A stretch of DNA of 64,000 bases from Octopus bimaculoides (lineage: Eukaryota). The first letter of the stretch is position 1; each line of letters opens with the position of its first letter. Positions 13,099 to 26,429 of this stretch are shown piece by piece. The notes below the pieces were generated by a model. It made no database searches, had not been told where the DNA came from, and was given only the letters and a program-made list of their open reading frames with translations. Both the position numbers and the translations under genes were made by a program. The stretch covers positions 5,527,475 to 5,591,474 of the forward strand of contig NC_068997.1 in assembly GCF_001194135.2 (NCBI RefSeq). The letters run 5' to 3'.

Positions 13099-13968
13099 NN
13101 NNNNNNNNNNNNNNNNNNNNNNNNNNNNNNNNNNNNNNNNNNNNNNNNNNNNNNNNNNNNNNNNNNNNNNNNNNNNNNNNNNNNNNNNNNNNNNNNNNNN
13201 NNNNNNNNNNNNNNNNNNNNNNNNNNNNNNNNNNNNNNNNNNNNNNNNNNNNNNNNNNNNNNNNNNNNNNNNNNNNNNNNNNNNNNNNNNNNNNNNNNNN
13301 NNNNNNNNNNNNNNNNNNNNNNNNNNNNNNNNNNNNNNNNNNNNNNNNNNNNNNNNNNNNNNNNNNNNNNNNNNNNNNNNNNNNNNNNNNNNNNNNNNNN
13401 NNNNNNNNNNNNNNNNNNNNNNNNNNNNNNNNNNNNNNNNNNNNNNNNNNNNNNNNNNNNNNNNNNNNNNNNNNNNNNNNNNNNNNNNNNNNNNNNNNNN
13501 NNNNNNNNNNNNNNNNNNNNNNNNNNNNNNNNNNNNNNNNNNNNNNNNNNNNNNNNNNNNNNNNNNNNNNNNNNNNNNNNNNNNNNNNNNNNNNNNNNNN
13601 NNNNNNNNNNNNNNNNNNNNNNNNNNNNNNNNNNNNNNNNNNNNNNNNNNNNNNNNNNNNNNNNNNNNNNNNNNNNNNNNNNNNNNNNNNNNNNNNNNNN
13701 NNNNNNNNNNNNNNNNNNNNNNNNNNNNNNNNNNNNNNNNNNNNNNNNNNNNNNNNNNNNNNNNNNNNNNNNNNNNNNNNNNNNNNNNNNNNNNNNNNNN
13801 NNNNNNNNNNNNNNNNNNNNNNNNNNNNNNNNNNNNNNNNNNNNNNNNNNNNNNNNNNNNNNNNNNNNNNNNNNNNNNNNNNNNNNNNNNNNNNNNNNNN
13901 NNNNNNNNNNNNNNNNNNNNNNNNNNNNNNNNNNNNNNNNNNNNNNNNNNNNNNNNNNNNNTATATAT

Positions 13969-14018
<50 letters not shown>

Positions 14019-14025
14019 ATATATG

Positions 14026-14088
<63 letters not shown>

Positions 14089-14408
14089 TAGTTTTAGGGA
14101 AAATAACCAATATTATTATTATATATATATATATATATAAACATATATACACCATACACACATATGTACTGAGTTTCTCTTTCTCTCCTCACTCATACAC
14201 ACAATTACACAAGCCAAATATATTTTTCATGTTTATTGCTTTGCTTAAAATGTACACTGTTCATAGTTATTCAGTGTCTCTATTGAAAATAGGTTTCTCA
14301 CATTATGGTTGTTTTTATTGTTGCTTTCCCCTGCTTGAGCAGGTCTGTAACATGGAAAGCATGTTACCTAATGTCAGTAGGACAGACATGCTATACACAC
14401 ACAAACAC

Positions 14409-14444
<36 letters not shown>

Positions 14445-16765
14445 NNNNNNNNNNNNNNNNNNNNNNNNNNNNNNNNNNNNNNNNNNNNNNNNNNNNNNNN
14501 NNNNNNNNNNNNNNNNNNNNNNNNNNNNNNNNNNNNNNNNNNNNNNNNNNNNNNNNNNNNNNNNNNNNNNNNNNNNNNNNNNNNNNNNNNNNNNNNNNNN
14601 NNNNNNNNNNNNNNNNNNNNNNNNNNNNNNNNNNNNNNNNNNNNNNNNNNNNNNNNNNNNNNNNNNNNNNNNNNNNNNNNNNNNNNNNNNNNNNNNNNNN
14701 NNNNNNNNNNNNNNNNNNNNNNNNNNNNNNNNNNNNNNNNNNNNNNNNNNNNNNNNNNNNNNNNNNNNNNNNNNNNNNNNNNNNNNNNNNNNNNNNNNNN
14801 NNNNNNNNNNNNNNNNNNNNNNNNNNNNNNNNNNNNNNNNNNNNNNNNNNNNNNNNNNNNNNNNNNNNNNNNNNNNNNNNNNNNNNNNNNNNNNNNNNNN
14901 NNNNNNNNNNNNNNNNNNNNNNNNNNNNNNNNNNNNNNNNNNNNNNNNNNNNNNNNNNNNNNNNNNNNNNNNNNNNNNNNNNNNNNNNNNNNNNNNNNNN
15001 NNNNNNNNNNNNNNNNNNNNNNNNNNNNNNNNTATGTAGGTATGCATACACACACACATATAAAACTGTTAATGTAACTGCTAATCCACAAAACTCTTAG
15101 CCCTTGTGTGTCTCAGTTGCTTCTACTAAATATTAATAGAAGATACACACACACATATATTTATACATATCTGTACACACACACAACACACACACACATA
15201 TACCACAGCTTAACAAGTCTAATACACCCCCTATCCCATCACATTTCAAAGATGGAAACTGGTTGGTACACTGTAAGAGATTTAGCTGCTATCCCAAGCA
15301 TGTTAAATAACAGCATAGAATCTCCCCTGGCGGTTAGTAAGGACTAGCCCATTTTAAACACTTTTCCTTGGACTATGTGAAAGGATATTTTGTAACTGTT
15401 TTAAACAGAGCTAGACTCTGCATAAAAGTTTTCTCACTGGCTGTTTCAGCATACGGTTGACTGGGTCAGCTGTAGATTAGAGCAGTCAACTGTGAAAACA
15501 TATTCAAACAATTATTATGTAAATATTTAAAACCTGCAAAACCTATTTCTAGTACATGTACTATATGTTGTGGATGTGTATACACATACACACACACAAT
15601 ATATGATATGCATACATTTGCACACTATATGCATTAAATATATACACATACACTCACATATATATGTATATATATATATATATATATGCATGAATGTGTG
15701 TATGTGTGTGTAGCAGTTGCCAAAATATCTTCATATCCTACAAAGTAACTTGTGGTCCTAGTCATAGATTCCATATTTATTGTGAGCCTACAGGCTCATT
15801 AGGCTGGTGTTTATCTCATTTTGTCCCATGGTGTATAAGCAAACGAGAGTACAATACACTGTCTTCCACAAAGCAATACAACAGTTCGTTCCAGGGTTAA
15901 CCCTCAGCTATTGCTGTGGCTCATTTGTGGATGAAGTGACTAGAATAAGTAGGGAAGTATCTTGCTCAAGAATACTGTGTCACCTGGTTTGGGAATTGAA
16001 ACTACAACCTGAAGATAATGAGTCTCATGTCCTGACTGTTAGACCACATACCTTCACATACTTCCTTTAGGCAGTATATTTGAGTTTTGTTCTTTCTGTG
16101 CTGACTACCTGGTAACTCACTTGGTTGAACTAACATTGTACTGTCTAGCTTCTTGTGTATCTGTCTACTAAATTACATATGGATACACATACACATCCAT
16201 ATACAGATGTAGATATACATACAAATATATATCCATATATTGTTTGTTTTTTTGTTTTGTGCCAACTTAATGAATAAATTGAGTTTATGTTTGCTCCCTG
16301 TCTATTATTCCTAAACAGTATTTATATTTTGGACACTGCTGACACCATTGGATTGAATCAGAAGTCCTTATGGTGTTGAAACCATAATGATTTCTAATAG
16401 TGGGTGGTTGATGATGGGATGCCTATGTTCATTCATTTGTATATGTTTTTATCAGCTTTTTGTACCCCATTTATTTTTTCATCATTTCAGTGTCATGTTT
16501 CTGATGTTTTGATTTGTGTTAATTTGTCAGACTTCATTAATTGGTTTATATGATTATTGCTCACCATATTAGTTATAGTGGATTTGTTGCATATATATAT
16601 ATATGGTTTTACAAATATTGTGCAACATATCAAGACATGTCAAGTAGCTTAGATGTGCTTTCATAATGGACTGAAAGCAAATGACACCATCAACAAAACC
16701 ATTGTTTACAACCAGAAAACACATGTGTAGACTAGAGAGATACAAACTCACACACATATTATGTA

Positions 16766-17150
16766 TTGGATTGGTCAAAAAGCTCATTCAGTTTTTGTCA
16801 ACACTAAACTTCAAGCACTCTAATAGATAGCTAACTTCGCTCTGTAATAGGTAGCTAATTTCATTCTGTTCCTTATGCATGTACACTTGTTAGTCACTTG
16901 ACATTTCTATATATAGCTCAACATGAACTTGAGACAAGATAGGTTGTCTTTTGTATGCTTGGGATCACCCTGAAGATGAAGAGCCAAAACAGATATTATT
17001 TAAAAAAAGGCAAGAAAACAGCAGAAACATGCAGGAACATTATATGACTGGGATGATTGCAGATATTCTCCAAGTAGCTAAATTGAGTGTTGAATATCAC
17101 CTGCATCAACTTGATTATGTCAGCAGGCTTGATGTTTGAGTCCTACATCA
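16766..17150 (+). mobile_element. mariner transposon 5' fragment
   Basis: TA followed by TIR-like ttggattggtcaaaaagctcattcagttttt; peptide IADILQVAKLSVEYHLHQLDYVSRLDV matches the mariner HTH region just before WVPHEL. Confidence 0.7.
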
Positions 17151-17310
17151 ATTGAATGAGGTTAACCTTGCCCATAAGTGACTGGTATTAGGAAGGGCAT
17201 CAAGTTTTAGAGACCATGCTAAAGTGAACACTGGAGCAAAAGGCAGTCCTTGGGTCTACTGGATCCTGTCAAATTATCCAAACTATGGCAGCAGGAAACA
17301 TGGATATTAA

Positions 17311-17344
<34 letters not shown>

Positions 17345-17794
17345 AAACTGTGATTGAAGTTAGGACAAGTTCCTCTTGGAGGAATAATCAACTTCATTCA
17401 ACCTTTCAACAAACACATATATTTCTCACATTGGCCAAAATGTCAGAACTCAACACATGACATGCCCTATGAACAGAGTAATATTTTCCAAAATTGTTCT
17501 AATAAGGTTCTTCTTACTTTGATGTGCCTTGTTGGAAAAGGTGCGCCACTCACACTTCATGGCTCAGTGAATAGGATTCATAGATTATTCAACCATGAAA
17601 ACATCCTCTTAGAAGTTGTATGCAAATATCAAAAACCTACAAAACAAACTCCTCCCAACACACACACTCTGTACCTTGCACATTTACCTGTGTCTATGCC
17701 AGTGTGTATATATGCTTATATGTATGTATATATATATATATATAGTGTGTGTGTGTGTGTGTAAACATACATATGCGTCTCTCTCTCTTTCTCT

Positions 17795-17835
<41 letters not shown>

Positions 17836-19735
17836 CTATATACTTTTACATGTTTCAGTCATTGGACTGTGGCCATGCTGGGACACTTCCTTCATAAATT
17901 TAGCCAATCATATCAACCCTCAATACTTACTTCAGTCTAGTACTAATTTTATTGATCTCTAATTTATCAAAACGCTAAGTTAAAGAATATAAAAGATCAC
18001 ACTATGTAAACATGGGTTTTTAGACTGGTCTCAGCAGTAATACAGATCTACACTAACACTTTCATATACACCCACATACACATACTCACAAGCATGTACA
18101 CATGAATTCATACATACACACACATGCACATGCACACACAATATAAATCTACCTCTAAGTCACTTGTTCATTTTGAAACAACTAAGTCTCCATCTGCCCC
18201 TCCTTTATTTGATACCCTTTCACCTGTCTATCACACTTTTATTCTGCTCCCTGTACCAAGCCACCTGTGTAATGAGGGAAACTTTCAGATCTGTTCATAT
18301 GCAATCCCTTCTCCTATCACTCATACTCCTCTTGAAGCACAAGGAATGGGCTGACATAAGACTGTAGTAAAAAAAACACTTGTTCTAGCTATCACACATA
18401 CATACACACACACACATTATTTTTTAGCAACAGTAACATTGATGTTGATGTTGTTTAGTCCCAGGTCAACTTCAGTTAAACAAGGTTTTTTGAGGAAGAC
18501 TGGTTGTTACCCATGCAGGCAAGTTTTTCTTTTCAACACCATTAAAGTTTATCCAAAAGAAAGGCTGTCAACTTGAACCAACATACCTTGGCACCAGTGT
18601 TGTTTCAAGCACTGCTGTCAGAACACAGAGCTGGAATAGATACCACAAGACAGCTTCAATCTTCAAACCCCCAATCATCAAACAAGTTTGCCAGTTCACC
18701 ATCCCAAATTAATATTCTTATTTTATCAACTCCAAAAGGATGAAAGGCAAAAATTACCTTAGCAGGAATTGAACTCAGTAAGTCAAAACAAATACTGTGA
18801 GCTGTTCTATCCAACATTTAAACAATTCTGCCAATTTGCTGCTTCCAACTTACAGAACAGCTGGCCACCACTCTCACTTCCCCAGGTCCCTCCTGTATTT
18901 AAAACCCAGCACTCTCTTACTGTCTTCACTATCCATCACTCACACTTTGTCTTTACAGCAAGCATTACCATTATACACTTCTAACCAGCTCTCCCTCATG
19001 CTCAGGTGACTAATTATCAACATCTAATACACTCTCTCCAGTATATTTTCAGAGCACCTACACCAACAGCTAATTAGGTCACTTATGTAACAGAAATTAT
19101 TAACAACTAAAGAGACTTCCTAGCATTTAAGAAACTCTATTTCCCTTGTGCACTCTTCATACTTATTGCCCCAGTTTACCTGCTGCATATGAAGTTTACT
19201 CTTTCTGCTAGCCCATCTCTGACCTCATCCCTCTACACCTCTTGAGTCAGGTACACTGTAGAGAATTTCTCCCTACTCCTTTCCAGCTGATCATGCACAG
19301 CTATTGCCCACATTTTAAAATGGGGTTTTGAAAAGTAATAGATGAAGGGAACAGTCAAATTTTATGTGTGTATAATTGTATGTATAAAGAGAGATAGAAA
19401 AAATAATAATGAACTTATTGCATAGTGCCATGCACTATGCATCAGAAAAGGTCGCCAAAAGTGCATGTACAGCACAGAATAATGCATAAAAAGAAAGGCA
19501 AGTGAACAAACAATCATAGGTGTATGAACATGTTTCCATAAGTTGTAACATAATATTTTTTCTACTAGAGGTCATCAATTTGGGAGGGGGGGGGCTTGTC
19601 AATTACATCAACGCCCATGCTCAAATGGCACCTATTTGATTGACCTCAAAAGGATGAAAGGCAAAGTTGACCTTGGCAGAATTTGATCATAAAGGCAGAT
19701 GAATTGATGTTAAGCATTTTTTGTTATATAATATA

Positions 19736-20030
19736 GGCTGTGTGGTAAGTAGCTTGCTTACCAACCACATGGTTACAGGTTCAGTCCCACTGCATGACAC
19801 CTTGGGCAACTGTCTTCTACTATAGCCTCGGGCCGACCAAAGCCTTGTGAGTGGATTTGGTAGACGGTAACTGAAAGAAATCCGTCGTATATATGTATAT
19901 ATATATATATATGTATGTGTGTGTATATGTTTGTATGTCTGTCTTTGTCTCCCCAACATCGCTTAACAACCGATGGTGGTGTGTTTACATCCCTGTAACT
20001 TAGCAGTTTGGCAAAAGAGACCAATAAAAT
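19736..20030 (+). mobile_element. CORE-like tRNA-derived SINE
   Basis: A/B-box-like head, cttgggcaac core, internal (TA)/(TG) microsatellite and family 3' part. Confidence 0.85.
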
Positions 20031-20952
20031 AAGTTTGGTACTTGCATATCTATGGTACCTTATCAATACTTGATGTCTTCATGCCAGCACTTTTACTGGC
20101 ATGGAATAATTCGGCAATTACACTTCTACGGTTTAATTCTTTATTAACATTTATAATTTGTTCAATCTGAAATACAAGATATTACAAGTGATTATTCAAG
20201 CTGGGAATATTTAATATTCAGACTCCAACAAAATCTATACAATTAAAAATATACCCATTTGAAACTTGTCTCAATTTACCTGTTACACCCTGCATGTATG
20301 TGTGTGTGTGTGTATATATGCAGTTTCCATCTAATCAACTCACATGGCTTTGATCTACCCAGTGCTATCGCAGAAAAGACTTGCCCAAGGAACTGTACAG
20401 TGGGAATGACATCAAGACCACATGGATAGGAAGCATCTGTGCTTATACCACACAGTCATGCCTCCACTTATCTATCTATTGGTCTATAAATATAGATGTG
20501 TATATATATATGCGTGTGCGTGTGTATGTCTATATACATAGTGGAGGCGCATGGCTCAGTGGTCAGTGTTGGAATCATGATTGTATGATTGTGGTTTCAA
20601 TTCCTGTACTGTGTGATGCGTTGTGTTCTTGAGCAAAACACTTCATTTTACATTACTCTAGTTCACTCAGCTGGTAAAAACAAGTAATCCTGTGAAGGAC
20701 TGGCATCCTAACCAGGAAGGAATATACATGCCCAACAAACCAGGAAACCAGTTCTATGGGATTAGCCATATATATATTCGCCATGATAGATCACTAGCCA
20801 CTACACATTCTTTATTTTCTCTTCTTGTTTCTTTCTGTGGAAAAGCGTAGGCTTGAAACGTTAAAAACTTTTTCACTTCCCGAGTGTTACATTAATACAT
20901 CTGTTTGTTGTCTACACCACCTGTCTTCATCTTTTGTTTTTTTGTGAATTCT

Positions 20953-20993
<41 letters not shown>

Positions 20994-21825
20994 CTTCCTG
21001 ACCACATGGCCTTGGATGCAGTCTTACTGCATAGAACCTTAGGTAAGTGTCTTCAACTATAGACTCAGGTTGACCAAAACCTAGACAGAGGGTTGATGTT
21101 GCTTCAGGTAACACCTGGGCTGGTATATGTATCCTTATCTTAGAGTATAAGATAAAGCATAAAATTCTCAAATGAAAGTGAAAACCAAAAAAATATGGAA
21201 AAGGTAGTGGGGACATCACCACCTTTTTTTTTTCTTTTTCAGCATTGTAATCTTAAGTCTTCAAAGAAATCAAGTTTTTTAGTACTCTAGACAATTTCCG
21301 ACTCTATCCTACAGGAATGCTAGTGGATGCATTTGATCCTACATCTTTTGTCAAGGCCGACCTGGAAATAAACAGCAGTAGCAGCTACTACTACAACTAC
21401 TGTTGCTGCTACTACTACTATTTGTGGTCTTCAGACAATTTGTTTATTATACTCATTCAATCGCTTCATTGGGATCGACTTTTAGGATTTGCTCGTGCCT
21501 ATCATATTCCTGGTAATAAAATCGATTGTAAACATCCTGCGAAAAAGTCAGGATCGATTACAAGTAGGAGCTCTCGGTCGACCATTTAGCAATGGATGTA
21601 TCGTATAGGCATTCTACCCGTTTTTTTTCTTTTTTTTTTCTCAAAAATTTCTTCAGATAACAACAGAAATTACGATTTTGTTACATACATAAATAAATGA
21701 ATAAATGATATACTATCGCAAGTGTGCCCCCTCTAACTTTGTTTTCTCATGTCTTTCAGAAAAATGAGTATTTTTTTTAATGAATTTTCTAATTTCTTCA
21801 TTTCTTCATTTTTCACATTTTTCTG

Positions 21826-21964
21826 TAACTCTAACCCTAAAATCTCAACCCCAACCCTAAAACCCTAACCCTAATCCTAAGACCCTAACCCAAACCCTAA
21901 CTCTAAAACTCGAACCCTAACTCTAAGACTCGAACCCTAACCCTAAAACTCTAAAGCTAAAACC
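21826..21964 (+). repeat. Degenerate telomere-like (TAACCC)n tract inside a dispersed element
   Basis: Repeated aaccct/aactct units, including a duplicated 20-mer (ctaa[a/g]actcgaaccctaac[t/c]). Confidence 0.8.
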
Positions 21965-23455
21965 AGTACAAACGAACGAAACATTGTCATAATTAACGGT
22001 ACCACCAATAGTTGTTGTTGACAAACAACGGCAGTAATTTTATTCAAGGGAAAAGATCCCATTACACCGCCAGAACGTCTTGTTGACAAACCACAGCAGT
22101 AATTGTTTTCACCTCAATAGACGTCATTGATTGGTTGAAATTACTGAAATATGACAACTTTAACATGAAATAACTTCGAAAATAATGAATTTTCTTAAAA
22201 ACGCCAAGAGTAAATGATGTTTTAAATGACACGTTCTACCAGTATACGAAATTTGAAACTGTTTAGTTACAAAAAATTATTTTTTCTATGTGTCGGCCAA
22301 AGATCCAGAAATGTGTAGAAGACAAGCAAAATTTTGCACAACGACCCAGAGTTACTGTAATGTGAGTGAGAAAACTGGAAGAATATTCTGAAGGGAGCAG
22401 TCAAATACGAAGCTGTCACTCCAAGAAATGAGAGAGGGATAGAAATCTTAGGTGGGAAAATTAGGTAGTAAACTCTCATATTTAGACTCGGTCGAAAGCC
22501 TTGTGGTGTCAAGGGCAACACCATTACTTTTGCCCAAGTTCATAAAGGGTTAACCCACTAGTGTGCATAAAAGAGATGGTTGATCTGGTTCTTTGAAAAC
22601 AATTCTAGTTGTTAGTTAAAAGTGAAAGAAACCCAAGTAAATTACTTTTCTTTTTCTTCAAGTGGCAACAAGCATATTACAATGGGAGTTTATTGTTGAT
22701 GTGTATCTTAAAATCCATTCAGTTGCTGGAACATCTATAAAGGATAACTTCTTGGTGTATTGGTAAATTAGCATCTCTCTCTGAGGAATACCTATGAGAA
22801 CAATTGAATTCAACAGAGCTCCGCATCTCCATTTCACTGAAGGTGGAATCCAACATCTGTGGGTGACTGGGCTGTCACTGTGGTAGGCTCCTTGATTCCA
22901 CAGCCCTTCACGGTTTGTCATGGTAGTCATTTTGCTTGTCATATCAAGTTAAACTTAAGCAGGCCCTGGCTCGGATTAGTATCTCCTCAGTTCTGCAGCC
23001 TGTGGGATTATCCAGAAGTGACGGGAAGAGACCAGCTGGTCCCTGAGAAAGAGGTAGGTGCGTCATCTAGGACACCAGTTTGTGACAACTTTGCTCCCTC
23101 ACACATTCTGAATGCTATGGTAAATAGAATGGTCACTGCTTCTATAGCCGAGTGGAACAAAATCCTAAAGTATAGGGACCTGTGAATAAACCATTTCTTC
23201 CAGCCTGTGGTGTTTAAAATGTTTGGAGGGGCTGGACTGCTAATAGCGAAGTTCTTGTCATCGTTGACCGCTTGCCTTGCCGAGGTATTAGGTGATGCCT
23301 GTGAGGGTGCTTAGCTGTTCCAATGCCTTAGTCAAACCATCACCTGTGTTAATACGGCGAGCATGTTGGCTTGCTTCAGTAGGTTCAGTCGAACTTTGTG
23401 GGGTGCGACCAATTGAGCACTTGGTGTTGAATTTATGTTCTTTTCTTCTCTTTGC

Positions 23456-23487
<32 letters not shown>

Positions 23488-24664
23488 ATTCATTGTGTTT
23501 TCTTCAGTTTGGGATTTTTATTTTGATATGATTTTGTATTATATACATATCATATACATACATGTTAGATTCCAATAAACATTACAAGCTAACAAAATAC
23601 AATGTTCTGTCACATACACCTTGTTGGCGTCATTGGTGTTTAACCTAGGTAAGCCCTGATTGAACAATTCTATTATCGGAGGTACTCAACTGTGACCATC
23701 CCGTCATTTTCCTATGTGGTGTGGTGTGGTGTGGTCTCTCACTGTATGAGTGTCCAGATGTGATTGGGGATAGGAGCACCAAGAGCGTGGATGGGTGGAG
23801 ATTACAAGAATGCATGGGATATTGAAAGATGGGGAATGGGTGAGAGAAAGGAAGAAGGGTAACAACTGTTAAGATTAGATAGAGCTGAAGGGAGGATGAC
23901 CAATGATGCATGAAATGGGGGGAAGTAGTGGGGAGTAGATGACTGACAGCACAGAAAAATGGGGTAAGGGAGAGTAAAATAATAATAATGATGCAGTAAA
24001 CAGAAGGATGAGAAAAATGACATGTGGTCGTGTAGGTTGAAGGAATGTATGGGGTATGTAATCAATAAAAAGTGTGAGGAGAGAGAGAAAAGGAAAGATT
24101 AAAGGTTTTGATGTCACTAGTGTTAGAGGTCGAAGGAGAGTCATGGACTCTGTTCCTTCCTCCAGACTCAGCAACTTCAAAAAGTATTCATTGGATAATA
24201 TAGTCTCAGACATATAAAAAGAACTAGGTGGTCACAGCTTGGATGTCTTTAGTCATATGCAGGCTGGATTAACCATTGACACTTGCATTCCTGTTGAAAG
24301 ACACTGCCTTTCTTTCAATTAATCTTGAAGATAATGAAAATTTATCAAAATAACTTTGTTTTAATTAAATAGGCATTTGGAACAAATTGACAGGAAATTT
24401 TGGTGGAACATTTTAATTTTGACCCCTTTCAAACAGGATGTAATATAGAATCAAGGGTAGATTGGTATGAGAGAGATTCAGCAAAATATATGGTTAGGGG
24501 ACTAAGAAAGGAGAACCACAGAGATTTTTCCAGTGCCATTTTTACCATTGACAAAATGGTGCAGCTTAGCCATGGTCATACAAAAAGTGTTGAAATTTTG
24601 TATTTTTTCCTGTTAGTAAATGATTGCTTAATGATATTTAGTGTTAAATAAAATAAACAAGTGG

Positions 24665-24700
<36 letters not shown>

Positions 24701-24779
24701 ATGTATATGTGTATTTGTGCGTATGTTTATGTCTTACATATATATGCCTGTATATGTATGTAACTATGTGCATGCATCT

Positions 24780-26192
24780 GTGTATTTTGATGTATAAATG
24801 TATATTATAGATGGTCTAGTATGGGCATATACTGTTGTAAAATATTTATGTAATGCGACATGTAAATTTTAATTTTAATTTTAATGTATTAATTGATTTA
24901 TATTTCGTATATAATTATTTACAATATATATTTTGAATCTACTCTTCGATTTAAGGTTTTCTCCAATTTTACAATAGGATGAATTTTCACTTATTTTGGC
25001 CATTGCATGCTTAAGACCGTTAATTGAAAGGACCAATGAAACAAAAATATTTTTAAAGGTGTATCCTTTAACTAGTTTTGATTACATCATCATTTCTGTT
25101 CCATTTTAAGAAAATGGTCTGATAAGCGGGAACATGAAGACTCCGAGTAACAGCTTTTGTTATATTTCTGATGCTTTTAAATAAANNNNNNNNNNNNNNN
25201 NNNNNNNNNNNNNNNNNNNNNNNNNNNNNNNNNNNNNNNNNNNNNNNNNTATATGTATGTATGTATGTATATGTATATATAAATAATAACAATAAATGAA
25301 GCAAAACTCATATAAATAAAAGTTCCTTTAATTCCTACATATGTTTCAAAATATATGTGCACTCTACTCCAAAGAAGTAAGAGCTGCTGGAATTGCACAT
25401 ATATTCATCGTCAGGGAACCAAGATGTAGAAGCAAGACAAGTGCGAAATGATAAGGTAACTTACGAGTTATAATCTTATAATATTATATGGCCAAGTAAG
25501 TGACAGTTAGAAGTAAGAACGCTTGTTTACATAGAGTTATAACAGGAGGGGTGCTGTAAACGCTATACTAAAGGTTAAAATTAAATGATTAAAATGGAGG
25601 GAAGGAGGGAAAAATGGTTCACAGTAAAGTAAGCTGAAGCCGTAAACTATAAGCTAATTCAAATGTGGAGGAAGGTGAAGAATGTAAATATAAAAAAATA
25701 AATAAAGCATTATAGCCTTGTAATATATTATATTAATATACGGATGTTAACGCAAATTAATGGTAAAACAAGGTACAGGATATTTAGTTGAGAAATAATA
25801 ATAACAACAATATACATGCTTACAAGGAGAAGATCGGGAATATTTAGTTAAAGTTACTAGTGGTACAAGGACAACTAATGTAGCATTACTGGGAAGGAAT
25901 TACTTAACCAACTCTAGAAGGGGAAAATAAAAGACAAGTGGCGATGGAGGCAGTAATAGATATTGTTTAAGATTATATTAAAATTAAAATTAATAACATG
26001 CTGATTTGAAGCGAAGAATGTAAACATGATAAATGAAACATCATTGCCTTGTTATATATTAATATACGGAAGTTAACGCAAATCAATGGAAGAACAAGGT
26101 ATAAGATATTTTGTTGAGAAATAATAATAACAACAATATACATGCTTACAAGGAAAAGATCGGATATATTTAGTTAAAGTTACTAGTGGTAC
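24780..26192 (-). mobile_element. Penelope-like element terminal region: pLTR-like sequence, hammerhead and decayed ORF N-terminus
   Basis: Hammerhead at 25330-25420. Downstream frame IRNITKAVTRSLHVPAYQTIFLKWNRNDDVI resembles PLE N-termini. Internal ~180-bp direct repeat at 326-bp offset. No RT visible, so the family call is inference. Confidence 0.6.
25330..25420 (-). ncRNA. Type I hammerhead ribozyme (predicted GUA cleavage between 25336 and 25335)
   Basis: Minus strand: GGTTCC-CTGACGA-T-GAATATATGTGCA-(32 nt)-TGCACATATATTT-T-GAAA-CATAT-GTA-GGAATT. All invariant core nucleotides are present and all three stems pair. Confidence 0.8.
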
Positions 26193-26194
26193 CA

Positions 26195-26420
26195 TGTCTT
26201 CTGACACCTGCTCAAAAGTGCATCAGGCTGATTACATCATGGCAAAATCTGACATTGTTTGAGGCAGATCCAGCTAGTTCTTTTGAATGCTTCCTAAGCC
26301 AGTATGAGTATTGGGTTCATCCATGCAGTGGAAACACCCTCCTCACCTGCTCCAAACAAGCCAAGGTCATTTCATCTGCAGGGAAGGAGATGGCCTCAAT
26401 TTTCTGGATGCAAATGGCCC
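26195..26420 (+). mobile_element. mariner transposase internal fragment
   Basis: LLTPAQKCIRLITSWQNLTLFEADP...YWVH...MQWKH...SAGKEMASIFW, matching the mariner catalytic-domain N-part (TxDExWVH, QWKH, AGKVMASVFW). Confidence 0.8.
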
Positions 26421-26429
26421 ACTCAATGT

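Noticed and set aside
12960-15100. Long ORFs (200-670 aa) in the track; similar ones at 45521-46285, 47488-47981 and 51449-52275
   Set aside because: They are open only because they run through N gaps and microsatellites.
20059-20166. Minus-strand exon-like segment encoding MLIKELNRRSVIAELFHASKS
   Set aside because: Looks like the N-terminal HTH of a Tc1/maT transposase rather than a host exon.
20831-20870. Hammerhead-like aagc-gtag-gctt-GAAACGT hairpin in a dispersed repeat
   Set aside because: No CUGANGA core (GTGGAAA instead) and no clear stem I in this copy; only a family consensus could rescue it.
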